From positions 1-37,909 of the forward strand of contig VGKR01000001.1 of the NCBI GenBank assembly GCA_016866915.1: 37,909 nucleotides of DNA. Reading direction: 5' to 3'. Source of the stretch: Candidatus Pacearchaeota archaeon. Its GTDB lineage: Archaea; Nanobdellota; Nanobdellia; Pacearchaeales; GW2011-AR1. Below the pieces are notes generated by a model. That model ran no database searches, had not been told where the DNA came from, and saw only the letters and a program-made list of their open reading frames with translations. Positions 8,513-16,074 of this stretch are shown piece after piece; positions within the stretch are counted from its first letter, which is position 1; each line of letters starts with the position of its first letter. A program made the position numbers and the translations under genes.

Positions 8513-9129
8513 AAGAAAAAATTATTCAAATAGGTGCAGAAGCAAATATCATTCTTACAGATAATTTTATTATTAAAGACAGAATAAAAAAATTCTATAG
8601 AATTCCAGAATTAGATGAAAAAATAAGGAGAAGAAGAACAAAATCAGAAGCAAAACTTCTGGAAAAAGCATCTAAAATAATTAATTGCCCTGTGCCTTTC
8701 ATTTCGCCTTCAATAAAAAATTCTTCTAAATTAAAAATGCCTTTTATTGATGGAAAAAAACTTTCAGACAATCTTAATCATTTTTCACTAAAAAAACAAA
8801 AAGAAATTTGCAAAATTCTTGGAGAAAATATTGCAAAACTTCATGATTCTCACATAATTCACGGAGATTTGACAACATCAAATATGATTTTAAAAGAAAA
8901 CAAAATCTATTTAATTGATTTCGGATTAGGATTCATTAGTTCTAAAATTGAAGATAAAGCTGTTGATTTGCATCTTCTGAAACAAGCACTTGAAGCAAAA
9001 CATTTTCAAAATTGGGAAATTCTTTTTAAAGAAGTTCTGAAAGGATACAAAAAATACAAAGAATTTGAAAAAATTCTTGAGCAATTTAAGAAAGTTGAAA
9101 AAAGAGGTCGTTACAAGGGAAGTTATTGA
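8500..9129 (+). CDS. bud32: Bud32/PRPK-type atypical Ser/Thr kinase (KEOPS subunit)
   Basis: Small kinase of 209 aa. Motifs seen: GAEA glycine loop, RIKKFYR..LDEKIRRRRTKSEAKLL, catalytic HGDLTTSNMIL and IDFGLG. The start overlaps the VKOR stop by 13 nt. An alternative start is at 8509. Confidence 0.8.
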   Translation: MEKMKEKIIQIGAEANIILTDNFIIKDRIKKFYRIPELDEKIRRRRTKSEAKLLEKASKIINCPVPFISPSIKNSSKLKMPFIDGKKLSDNLNHFSLKKQKEICKILGENIAKLHDSHIIHGDLTTSNMILKENKIYLIDFGLGFISSKIEDKAVDLHLLKQALEAKHFQNWEILFKEVLKGYKKYKEFEKILEQFKKVEKRGRYKGSY

Positions 9130-9144
9130 TTATTAGTCGAAATC

Positions 9145-9152
9145 CTTATAAA
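9145..9152 (+). promoter_or_regulatory. TATA-like box upstream of tRNA-Gln
   Basis: CTTATAAA-T-TCCCTCCTTTTTCTTTTTT-GT precedes the tRNA 5' end at 9177, with 24 nt between the box and the tRNA. Confidence 0.45.
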
Positions 9153-9176
9153 TTCCCTCCTTTTTCTTTTTTGTAG

Positions 9177-9249
9177 AGCCCTGTAGTTCAGTGGTCAAGA
9201 ATTCAAGGTTTTGGACCTTGAGACCCAGGTTCGAATCCTGGCAGGGCTA
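9177..9249 (+). tRNA. tRNA-Gln (anticodon UUG)
   Basis: Folds as AGCCCUG-UA-GUUC-AGUGGUCAA-GAAU-U-CAAGG-UUUUGGA-CCUUG-AGAC-CCAGG-UUCGAAU-CCUGG-CAGGGCU-A. It has an A1-U72 pair. Confidence 0.85.
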
Positions 9250-9339
9250 TTTTGAGATTCGAACAAGGTTTGTGTAAAGTTCGCAGAACTTTATGCAGGT
9301 CGAGTGAAGATGAGGCCCGAATCCTGGCAGGGCTATTTT
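9232..9339. repeat. Pair of 22-bp direct repeats (9232-9253 and 9318-9339) duplicating the 3' end of tRNA-Gln
   Basis: CGAATCCTGGCAGGGCTATTTT occurs twice, 86 bp apart. The first copy is the last 18 nt of tRNA-Gln plus 4 nt of flank. The second copy is not part of a foldable tRNA. The 64-bp spacer contains a perfect hairpin, AAAGTTC-GCA-GAACTTT, at 9276-9292. Confidence 0.85.
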
Positions 9340-9340
9340 C

Positions 9341-10135
9341 TTATTTGAAAAGTTCCCTATAGAATATTTCTCGATTAATTTCCTGCCGACTTGGAGTGAG
9401 TTTTCTAAAAAAATCCAAAAGAGAAGCTTGCTTATATTTTTCTCCTGTTAAAACAGCTGCTAATTTTTTATATTCAACACTCCCTCTTGATTGAGGTTTA
9501 TATGTTGTATATGGTTTCATATCTGAAAGAGATTTAAGAACATTAATATCATAAGGTATCACAGCAAGGACAGGTATATCAAGAGTTGATTCAATATCTT
9601 GAAAAGAAAGTTCAAAATTTCTATTCTGAACCTTGTTAATGATTAAACCAGAAATAGGTGTTCCTCTTTGCTTAGCTAATTTTATCGCTTTGATTGTCGC
9701 GCTTAGAGTTGGATGATCAGGAGTAGTAACTACAAGAAGCTCATCTGAAGCAAGAATTACAGCAAGAGTTTCTTCATCAAGTGAAGGAGAAGAATCAACT
9801 AAAATTACATCATAACTTCTTCTCAAATTTTTAATTCCATCTTTTAATTTTAGAGGATTTACTTCAATTCTTTGGAATATTGAAGCAGGCATTACATGAA
9901 TTCCCTGATGCTCATAAATTGCTTCCCGGGGTCGAATAGTTCTATTAAGGACGTGATGAAGAGTTTTTTCTGGTTCAATGATATTCAAATGAAGTCCAAG
10001 GCTTGGAGAAGAAAGATTTCCATCAACTAATAAAACTTTTTTTCCAGATTGAGAAAATGCAGAACCGAGAGAAGTAACAATACTTGTTTTTCCAACACCC
10101 CCCTTTAAACTTATCACTCCTATGATCTTTCCCAT
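9341..10135 (-). CDS. MinD/ParA-family P-loop ATPase
   Basis: The deviant Walker A GVISLKGGVGKTS is present, followed by LLVDGNL and a Walker B-like ILVDSSPS. The start was moved to M19 (MGKIIGV...) because the upstream 18 codons are not family-like. Confidence 0.8.
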   Translation of the reverse strand: MGKIIGVISLKGGVGKTSIVTSLGSAFSQSGKKVLLVDGNLSSPSLGLHLNIIEPEKTLHHVLNRTIRPREAIYEHQGIHVMPASIFQRIEVNPLKLKDGIKNLRRSYDVILVDSSPSLDEETLAVILASDELLVVTTPDHPTLSATIKAIKLAKQRGTPISGLIINKVQNRNFELSFQDIESTLDIPVLAVIPYDINVLKSLSDMKPYTTYKPQSRGSVEYKKLAAVLTGEKYKQASLLDFFRKLTPSRQEINREIFYRELFK

Positions 10136-10220
10136 GAAAATATTAATTTTTTGAGATTTAAAATAGTTTAGTTTTTTAAATACACACAAGGTTTAAAAAC
10201 AGGGCCCTTTATCTTATAAA

Positions 10221-10586
10221 ATGCCAAAAAAATTAACAGCAAAAAATAAAGAAAAATCAGATAAAGAAAAATCTGCAGTAAAGATTTCTTCTGAGGAATT
10301 CAAAAAAATAGTGCTAGAACTTGCAGATAAGGGCTTGACTGCTGAAAAAATCGGTGAAGAATTAAGAAGAAGAGGGATACATTCTAAGAATTATTCTGAA
10401 AAAATATCTAAAATACTTAAGGAAAACAAAAAATATCAAATTCCAGATATTCTCCATGTTGAAAAAAAACTTGGAAGAATAAATCGACATTATGAAAAAA
10501 ACAAGCAAGACAAAAGAGCAATGAGAGAAAAAGATAGAATATTTGCTAAATTAAGAAAACTTAAGAAATATCACAAGTTAAATTAA
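10221..10586 (+). CDS. rps15: 30S ribosomal protein S15 (uS15 / S13e type)
   Basis: The N-terminal segment SEEFKKIVLELADKGLTAEKIGEELRRRGI and the C-terminal helical segment HYEKNKQDKRAMREKDRIFAKLRKLKKYHK match the archaeal S15P layout. Confidence 0.8.
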   Translation: MPKKLTAKNKEKSDKEKSAVKISSEEFKKIVLELADKGLTAEKIGEELRRRGIHSKNYSEKISKILKENKKYQIPDILHVEKKLGRINRHYEKNKQDKRAMREKDRIFAKLRKLKKYHKLN

Positions 10587-10602
10587 TAATCGCATTCTTA
10601 AA

Positions 10603-11934
10603 ATGGAAAAGAGGAAAAATCTGCAAGAAAGTATAAAATATGTGGCTCAGAAATTTCTTGAAAAAACAAAAGAAAAAGAAATTTGCCTGATTAGTCATTT
10701 CGATACAGATGGAATAACTTCTGCAGCCATACTGATAAACACTCTAAAAAGACTTGATAAAAAATTTTCGATAAAAATCGTTAAATCACTTGAAGAAGAT
10801 TTTATCTGCACTCTTCCGAAAGAAAAAACTATTCTATTTTTAGATTTAGCCTCCGGAAGTTTAAATGCCATCAAAAAAGCAGGTCTGAAAAATGTTTTTA
10901 TAATTGATCATCACGAAGTAATTCAGGAAATTCCAGATGAAGTTGAAATTATCAATCCGGAATTTAATGGAAAAGAAAAAATCAGTAGTGCAGGTCTGGC
11001 TTTTCTTTTTTGTAAAGAAATTGATTCTGAAGCAGTAGAATCTGCAAAATTAGCTGTCTTAGGAATGATTGGAGACCTTATGGAAAAATCCATAGATAAG
11101 TTGGGAGAAGAAATTTTCAAGGGAGATATAAAAAAGAAAAAGGGTCTCCTTCTTTATCCTTCTACAAGACCCATAAACAAAGTTCTTGAGTATGCTTCGC
11201 AACAATATATTCCCGGAATCACTGGAAATCCCTATGGTATAATTGAATTGCTAAGAGATGCAGGAATTGAACCTTCAAATGGAAAATACAAAAGCCTCAT
11301 AGAATTAGACGAAGAAGAAATGAAAAAACTAACAACAGAAATAATGTTACGAAATCCCAAAATCAAGAATAAAGAAATGATTGGAGATATTTTTCTTTTG
11401 AAATTTTTTAATAAATTAGAAGATGCAAGAGAATTAAGTGCTCTGATTAATGCATGCTCGCGATTAGGAAGAAGCGATATCGCTCTAAGATTCTGTCTGG
11501 AGATTCCTCAAATTCGAAGAGAAGCTGAAGAAATATACGCAAAATACAAAAGACATTTAATTTCTGGATTGGAATTCGTAACAAAGACAAAAAAAATTGA
11601 GGGCAGGGGCTTTGTAATTATTAATGCAAAAGATAACATAATAGACACAATTATAGGAACAATAGCGAGTATTCTCTCAAATTCCCCCTCATATGATGAA
11701 GGAACGATAATCACAGCAATGGCATATTATGAAAATAAAATAAAAGTTTCTCTAAGAAATGTAGGCAGAACCGGCAGAAATGTAAGAGAGATTTTAGAAG
11801 GTGTTATTCAAAAAACAGGAGGAGAGGCTGGAGGGCATGAATTTGCAGCAGGTTGCATAATTGACAGAAATAAAGAAAAAGACTTTATTGAATTGCTGCA
11901 AAAGAGTTTTGAAATAGAAATGGTAAAGATTTAG
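10603..11934 (+). CDS. DHH/DHHA1 phosphoesterase, archaeal RecJ/Cdc45-like (GAN-type) nuclease
   Basis: Motifs HFDTDGITSAA, FIIDHH and the DHHA1 motif GGEAGGHEFAAG are present. Its position directly downstream of rps15 is a gene pair I recall as common in archaea. Confidence 0.8.
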   Translation: MEKRKNLQESIKYVAQKFLEKTKEKEICLISHFDTDGITSAAILINTLKRLDKKFSIKIVKSLEEDFICTLPKEKTILFLDLASGSLNAIKKAGLKNVFIIDHHEVIQEIPDEVEIINPEFNGKEKISSAGLAFLFCKEIDSEAVESAKLAVLGMIGDLMEKSIDKLGEEIFKGDIKKKKGLLLYPSTRPINKVLEYASQQYIPGITGNPYGIIELLRDAGIEPSNGKYKSLIELDEEEMKKLTTEIMLRNPKIKNKEMIGDIFLLKFFNKLEDARELSALINACSRLGRSDIALRFCLEIPQIRREAEEIYAKYKRHLISGLEFVTKTKKIEGRGFVIINAKDNIIDTIIGTIASILSNSPSYDEGTIITAMAYYENKIKVSLRNVGRTGRNVREILEGVIQKTGGEAGGHEFAAGCIIDRNKEKDFIELLQKSFEIEMVKI

Positions 11935-12005
11935 TTCTAATTTACAATATTTTTCCAAAATTTTACGAGCAAAATCCTTAAAAATGACTTAAAGTACCTA
12001 TCTAC

Positions 12006-12725
12006 ATGACACCAAATCTAGAAGAAGGAGAAATTGTCCTCTGCACTGTAGACAGAATAATTGGAACTAATGTATTTGTAAAAATTCCCCTGCAAAATAA
12101 GGAGATGGAAGGATGTATTGTCACGAGTGAGATTGCTCCAGGAAGAATAAGAAATATAAGAGATTATGTTGTTCCGAAGAAGAAAATAGTCTGTAAGATT
12201 TTAAGAATTTCTGGAGATAGAATTGAATTATCTTTAAGAAGAGTAACAAAGCAAGAGCAGAAAGAAATTAAAGAAAAATCCAAACAGGAAAAAAGTTATG
12301 AAAGTATACTCCGAAGCGTATTAAATGAAGGGGCAAATTCTGTAATTAAGGAGATAACAAGCAAGAGCGATCTTTATAATTTCTTTAAGGAAGCAAAAGA
12401 AAATAAAAAAGAATTGGAAAAATTGGTTGGAAAAAAAGATGCTGAAAAAATTCTCGAGATTTTAAATTCGCAAAAACCAAAATCTGTAATACTAAAGAAA
12501 GAGATATTCTTAGTTACTGCAGAATCAGAGGGAATTAATTTAATCAAGGAATTTTTAGAAAAAATAAAAGACGTTGAAATAAGATATATTGCTGCTGGCA
12601 GATACTCTTTAAAAAAAGAATCTACTGACGTGAAAAAAGACGACCAAGAACTAAAAAATCTGCTTGTTCAATTAGAAAAAGAGGCAAAAAATAGAAAAAT
12701 AGAATTTAGTATTTTAAAGAAGTGA
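12006..12725 (+). CDS. eif2a: Translation initiation factor aIF2 alpha subunit
   Basis: The N-terminal S1/OB domain shows EEGEIVLCTV...NVFVKI...RNIRDYV...LSLRRVTKQEQKE. A helical domain and a C-terminal alpha/beta domain (VEIRYIAAGRYSL) follow. Confidence 0.8.
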   Translation: MTPNLEEGEIVLCTVDRIIGTNVFVKIPLQNKEMEGCIVTSEIAPGRIRNIRDYVVPKKKIVCKILRISGDRIELSLRRVTKQEQKEIKEKSKQEKSYESILRSVLNEGANSVIKEITSKSDLYNFFKEAKENKKELEKLVGKKDAEKILEILNSQKPKSVILKKEIFLVTAESEGINLIKEFLEKIKDVEIRYIAAGRYSLKKESTDVKKDDQELKNLLVQLEKEAKNRKIEFSILKK

Positions 12726-12810
12726 AAATTTTTGCTTGTCTATTTTTTGAATACCAAACTAAAAATCATAAAGCTTAAAAACCCGTTTTTTTATGAAGTT
12801 ATAGGGTAAA

Positions 12811-13227
12811 ATGGAAAGAGCTAATATAAATAAATTTGACGTAGTTTTATTGGGTATTATTTTTGATCCAAAGACTAAAAGAATACTCATAGGTAGAAGA
12901 GAAAAAGATCCGTATGTGCCTAAATTAACTTGGTGTTTTCCCGGTGGGAGATTGGGCTACAATGAAGATGTTGAAAAAACATTAGTGGAAAAAATAAAAG
13001 AAAAAACAGGTCTCAAAATAGAAAATCTTGGTTCAATCTTTGCTAGAACTCTTCCAGAAAAAAAAGATTTTGTAATGATTTATTTCTTATGTGAGGTAGT
13101 TGGTGGAAAAGAAAAAGCAGGCGGTGATTTCAAGGAATTGAAATGGGTTAAACCAGAAGAACTTAAAAATCATTTTACAACTTCTTTCCATCCCCATTTA
13201 AAAGAATATGTAATGAATCTCAAATAA
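12811..13227 (+). CDS. NUDIX hydrolase
   Basis: A Nudix-box-like GGRLGYNEDVEKTLVEKIKEKTGL is present. The GX5EX7 spacing is kept but the REUXEE part is relaxed to EKIKEKTG. The size of 138 aa is typical. Confidence 0.7.
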   Translation: MERANINKFDVVLLGIIFDPKTKRILIGRREKDPYVPKLTWCFPGGRLGYNEDVEKTLVEKIKEKTGLKIENLGSIFARTLPEKKDFVMIYFLCEVVGGKEKAGGDFKELKWVKPEELKNHFTTSFHPHLKEYVMNLK

Positions 13228-13271
13228 ATTTTTAATTCTTCTAATATTAAAAATTAAAAAATTCTGAAAAA

Positions 13272-13406
13272 ATGCCAAAACTGAAAAAATGTTCTTCTTG
13301 CTCGCTCTATACTCTAAAATCTAATTGCCCAAAATGCAATAAAAAAACTTCTGACGCGCATTACAAGTTCATAAAAATAAAAAGTCAAGAAATCAACTCT
13401 TTTTAA
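13272..13406 (+). CDS. nop10: H/ACA RNP protein Nop10 (short form); not in the ORF track
   Basis: Hand translation gives MPKLKKCSSCSLYTLKSNCPKCNKKTSDAHYKFIKIKSQEINSF (44 aa). The zinc-ribbon CxxC..YTL...CPxC followed by AH matches Nop10. Its position near aIF2-alpha fits the conserved archaeal neighbourhood. The C-terminal helix region is short and divergent. Confidence 0.55.
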   Translation: MPKLKKCSSCSLYTLKSNCPKCNKKTSDAHYKFIKIKSQEINSF

Positions 13407-13409
13407 TAA

Positions 13410-14630
13410 TTATAATGTTGCTTGTTTATTTCCGAGCGAAGTAATTCCATATTCTCCATCATAACCAGGAGTAACTTTTATTTTTCCTTCACGATTTTTT
13501 AGAATAAGTTCTACGATTTTTGCATCAGATATTTTCAGAAGCTTTTCTTGAGAAATTTTCAAAAGAATTTCAAATTCAGAGCCAAATTCTTTTATTAGAA
13601 GATTATAAATTTCCCATATTTTTTTGCTCTGCATCGAACTTCCAATCGCAAGAGATAAAACTTCCTGCAAAGGAAGAATTTTAAAAAAGGGTGCTGCATT
13701 TTTAGGTTCAAATTTTTTAGGTTGTCTTGCTATTTCTTCAACTCGATTATCCACACCAATTGTTAAACTCTTTTTGCATATCGGACAGATTCCTTTAAGC
13801 TCTTGAGTTTTTTCAGGAGAGCAGGAAAAATTGCAAAGGCGATGCCCATCCCAGTGATATTTTCCATATTCCGGAGGCGTCTCTATTGTAGCTTTTAATC
13901 CAATTCCTGTCCGAATTGCTTTTATTATATTATCATAATTAAGTTCTGAAATTTCTAATATTACTGCTTCTCTTCCTAATCTAAATGGCCAAAAACTATG
14001 TGCGTCTGAAAAACTTACAATTCGAACTTTCCCAGAAGCAATTTCTTCAAATCTCCAAAGCATTGAAGGATCTGCGCTCATTCCAGATTCAACAGCATAA
14101 ATTTTTTCAGTTTGCTCTCCAAAACAATCTTTTAGAGAATTAAATCCAGATTTGCTTCCAAATATTCCAAAATAAGGTGTCATAACATGAGCAGGAATTA
14201 TTTCTATTTTATCATTAATTTCCTTCAAATCTTTAACAAATTGTTCTGCATCAATTCCAAAAATCGGTCTTCCGTCATAATCTATACGTCCCTTGCTTTT
14301 CAGATAATTTGTTATTTTTTCAGCGATTTCTTTATTTGGAGAAAGAACAATTAAATGAACAGCCCTGCCTTTGCCCCCTCTGCTATACATTAAACTTATT
14401 TCTGTCTGCAAAATAAAAGGAAAATTATTCGCTGTTCTTAAAATACCGTTTTTATCTTCTATTAATTTTTCATTTATTTCTTCTTTCCATAAAGGATGTT
14501 GAAAATCTCCTGTTCCCAATAAACTAATTCCCTTAATTCTCGCCCATTTTTCAAGATTTTCAATAGAAATATCTTTGCTTGTTGCTCTAGAATGCCTAGA
14601 ATGAATATGCAGATCTGCGATAATCTCCAT
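13410..14630 (-). CDS. Endonuclease Q (EndoQ) family PHP-domain nuclease
   Basis: Family hallmarks as I recall them from Pyrococcus EndoQ: DLHIHSRHSRATS...KGISLLGTGDFQHPLW, SDAHSFWPFRLGRE, GKYHWDGHRLC, a zinc-finger CPICKK..GVDNRVEE, FGSEFEIL and C-terminal PGYDGEYG. Confidence 0.75.
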   Translation of the reverse strand: MEIIADLHIHSRHSRATSKDISIENLEKWARIKGISLLGTGDFQHPLWKEEINEKLIEDKNGILRTANNFPFILQTEISLMYSRGGKGRAVHLIVLSPNKEIAEKITNYLKSKGRIDYDGRPIFGIDAEQFVKDLKEINDKIEIIPAHVMTPYFGIFGSKSGFNSLKDCFGEQTEKIYAVESGMSADPSMLWRFEEIASGKVRIVSFSDAHSFWPFRLGREAVILEISELNYDNIIKAIRTGIGLKATIETPPEYGKYHWDGHRLCNFSCSPEKTQELKGICPICKKSLTIGVDNRVEEIARQPKKFEPKNAAPFFKILPLQEVLSLAIGSSMQSKKIWEIYNLLIKEFGSEFEILLKISQEKLLKISDAKIVELILKNREGKIKVTPGYDGEYGITSLGNKQATL

Positions 14631-14650
14631 AAAATTCTAGAAATAAGAGA

Positions 14651-14660
14651 AGTTAAATAG
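14651..14660. promoter_or_regulatory. Single A/T box centred between divergent EndoQ and tRNA-Arg (candidate shared TATA)
   Basis: AGTTAAATAG is 20 nt from the EndoQ ATG (14630, minus strand) and 22 nt from the tRNA-Arg 5' end (14683, plus strand). The whole spacer is only 52 bp. Confidence 0.35.
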
Positions 14661-14682
14661 TTTGTTGTTTAAGAAAAAATAT

Positions 14683-14754
14683 GCCCTCATAGTTCAATGG
14701 ATAGAACACTTCCTTGCGGAGGAAGCAATCGAGGTTCGAATCCTCGTGGGGGCA
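14683..14754 (+). tRNA. tRNA-Arg (anticodon GCG)
   Basis: Folds as GCCCUCA-UA-GUUC-AAUGGAUA-GAAC-A-CUUCC-UUGCGGA-GGAAG-CAAU-CGAGG-UUCGAAU-CCUCG-UGGGGGC-A. Confidence 0.85.
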
Positions 14755-14803
14755 TGCGAAGTCTTATCAAAAACATTATAAACTAAAAAAATTAAGATAT
14801 AGT

Positions 14804-15109
14804 ATGACTATAATCAAAGAATTCAAGGATTTTCTAAAAGAGTATAAGGTAATTGGATTAGCTGTTGCATTAATAATCGCTTTAGCAGCTACAACATTAG
14901 TTAAATCAGTTGTAGATAATTTGATAATGCCTTTAGTTACTCCTTTTATTCCTGGAGGAGCATGGCAAACATCAACATTCAGTATAGGCCCAATAGTTAT
15001 TGGCTGGGGTGCATTGCTTGGAGCAATAATTAATTTTGTAATAATTGCATTTGTGGTTTTTCTAATTGCTAAATATGCTCTAAAGGAAAAGAAAGTCACA
15101 AAGAAATAA
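14804..15109 (+). CDS. mscL: Large-conductance mechanosensitive channel MscL
   Basis: ORF 14714..15109 was trimmed to M31 because its 5' part overlaps tRNA-Arg. MTIIKEFKDFLKEYKVIGLAVALIIALAATTLVKSVVDNLIMPL is the typical MscL N-terminus and TM1. A second TM helix and a short basic tail follow. Confidence 0.8.
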   Translation: MTIIKEFKDFLKEYKVIGLAVALIIALAATTLVKSVVDNLIMPLVTPFIPGGAWQTSTFSIGPIVIGWGALLGAIINFVIIAFVVFLIAKYALKEKKVTKK

Positions 15110-15123
15110 ATTTTTGTAATATT

Positions 15124-16068
15124 TTAATCAGAAGATTTTGCTCCAGATAAAATCGAATTTTCTGTCATAGGTTTAAATCTTCTATAAAATTCGCTTACTT
15201 TGTTTGCATGATTTAGTGGTTCTCGTATTGTTGGAAGAGTCCATTTTATCGCTGCATTCTCTCCTCCAAAATTATAAGCTGCGATAATATCTCTTAATTC
15301 TGCAAAATAAGGGGTGTTTCTATTAAGTTTAGCTAAAATAGCTAAATATCTAACTCCGGCATCAATGCTTTTTTCAGGATTTAATCTTTCATCTAAATCT
15401 TTATTTTCTAATAATGTCCTTTTATATTCCCTAAATAAAGCATCAGCTTTTTTAGAATAAGAATTATATTCTCTAAACCATTTGATTGCGTCATTGTAAT
15501 TTCCTCTTCTACCCTCATTAGTTGCAGAATTAAATGAATTCACAACTCTTCTTCGGTTTTCTTTCAGATTTTTATAGATATCCATATTTCCCTCATAAAT
15601 CTTCAATCCCAATCCTTTAGCTGTCTCTGGAATTATTTGCATAAGGCCCGCTGCTCCTGCTATAGAAACTGCATTCGAATCAAAGTTAGATTCTGCATAG
15701 ATTAATCCCAATACAACAAGAGGGTCTAAATAAAATATATCTTGATGCTTCTCAACACTATCTACAACAAGAGGCAGAAAAGGTTTAGAGGCAGGATGAT
15801 GTTCTGCAATAGCTTCAAGATTCAGATACTGTACTGATTCATTGATTAATAAAAAAGAAATTTCGGGAGAATTGATAAAATTCAAAATAGTTGAATTTCT
15901 TTTTTCTTCTAAAATATTTTCTAAATCAATCGATTTTTTCAAGATAGAATTAATTTCTACAGAGATTTTCTCTTTTTTGAAAATCTCTATTTTCTTCGAA
16001 GAAATCTGACTCATAACTAAAAAAGGTAAAAGAACTAGTCCTGCTTTTGGAATTCTCATTTTCACCAC
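15124..16068 (-). CDS. Secreted SLT-domain lytic (murein) transglycosylase
   Basis: An N-terminal signal or anchor (LVLLPFLVMSQISS) is present. Three SLT family signatures appear in order: LIYAESNFD (catalytic Glu-Ser), AAGLMQIIP and IIAAYNFGGENA. The start lies 6 nt after the radA stop. Confidence 0.8.
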   Translation of the reverse strand: MVKMRIPKAGLVLLPFLVMSQISSKKIEIFKKEKISVEINSILKKSIDLENILEEKRNSTILNFINSPEISFLLINESVQYLNLEAIAEHHPASKPFLPLVVDSVEKHQDIFYLDPLVVLGLIYAESNFDSNAVSIAGAAGLMQIIPETAKGLGLKIYEGNMDIYKNLKENRRRVVNSFNSATNEGRRGNYNDAIKWFREYNSYSKKADALFREYKRTLLENKDLDERLNPEKSIDAGVRYLAILAKLNRNTPYFAELRDIIAAYNFGGENAAIKWTLPTIREPLNHANKVSEFYRRFKPMTENSILSGAKSSD

Positions 16069-16074
16069 TTTTAT

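Noticed and set aside
9254-9317. Possible C/D-box sRNA or split/permuted tRNA half in the spacer between the tRNA-Gln repeats
   Set aside because: There is no RUGAUGA/CUGA box pair on either strand. The second repeat copy lacks a complementary 5' T-stem strand, so no tRNA half or cloverleaf can be drawn.
3316-9339. CRISPR array or other multi-copy repeat array
   Set aside because: The only repeats I found are two isolated two-copy duplications next to tRNA genes. There is no regularly spaced array anywhere in the window, and no cas-like genes.
14714-14803. 5' extension of the MscL ORF (MRRKQSRFESSWGH...)
   Set aside because: It overlaps the 3' half of tRNA-Arg. MscL homology starts at the Met at 14804.
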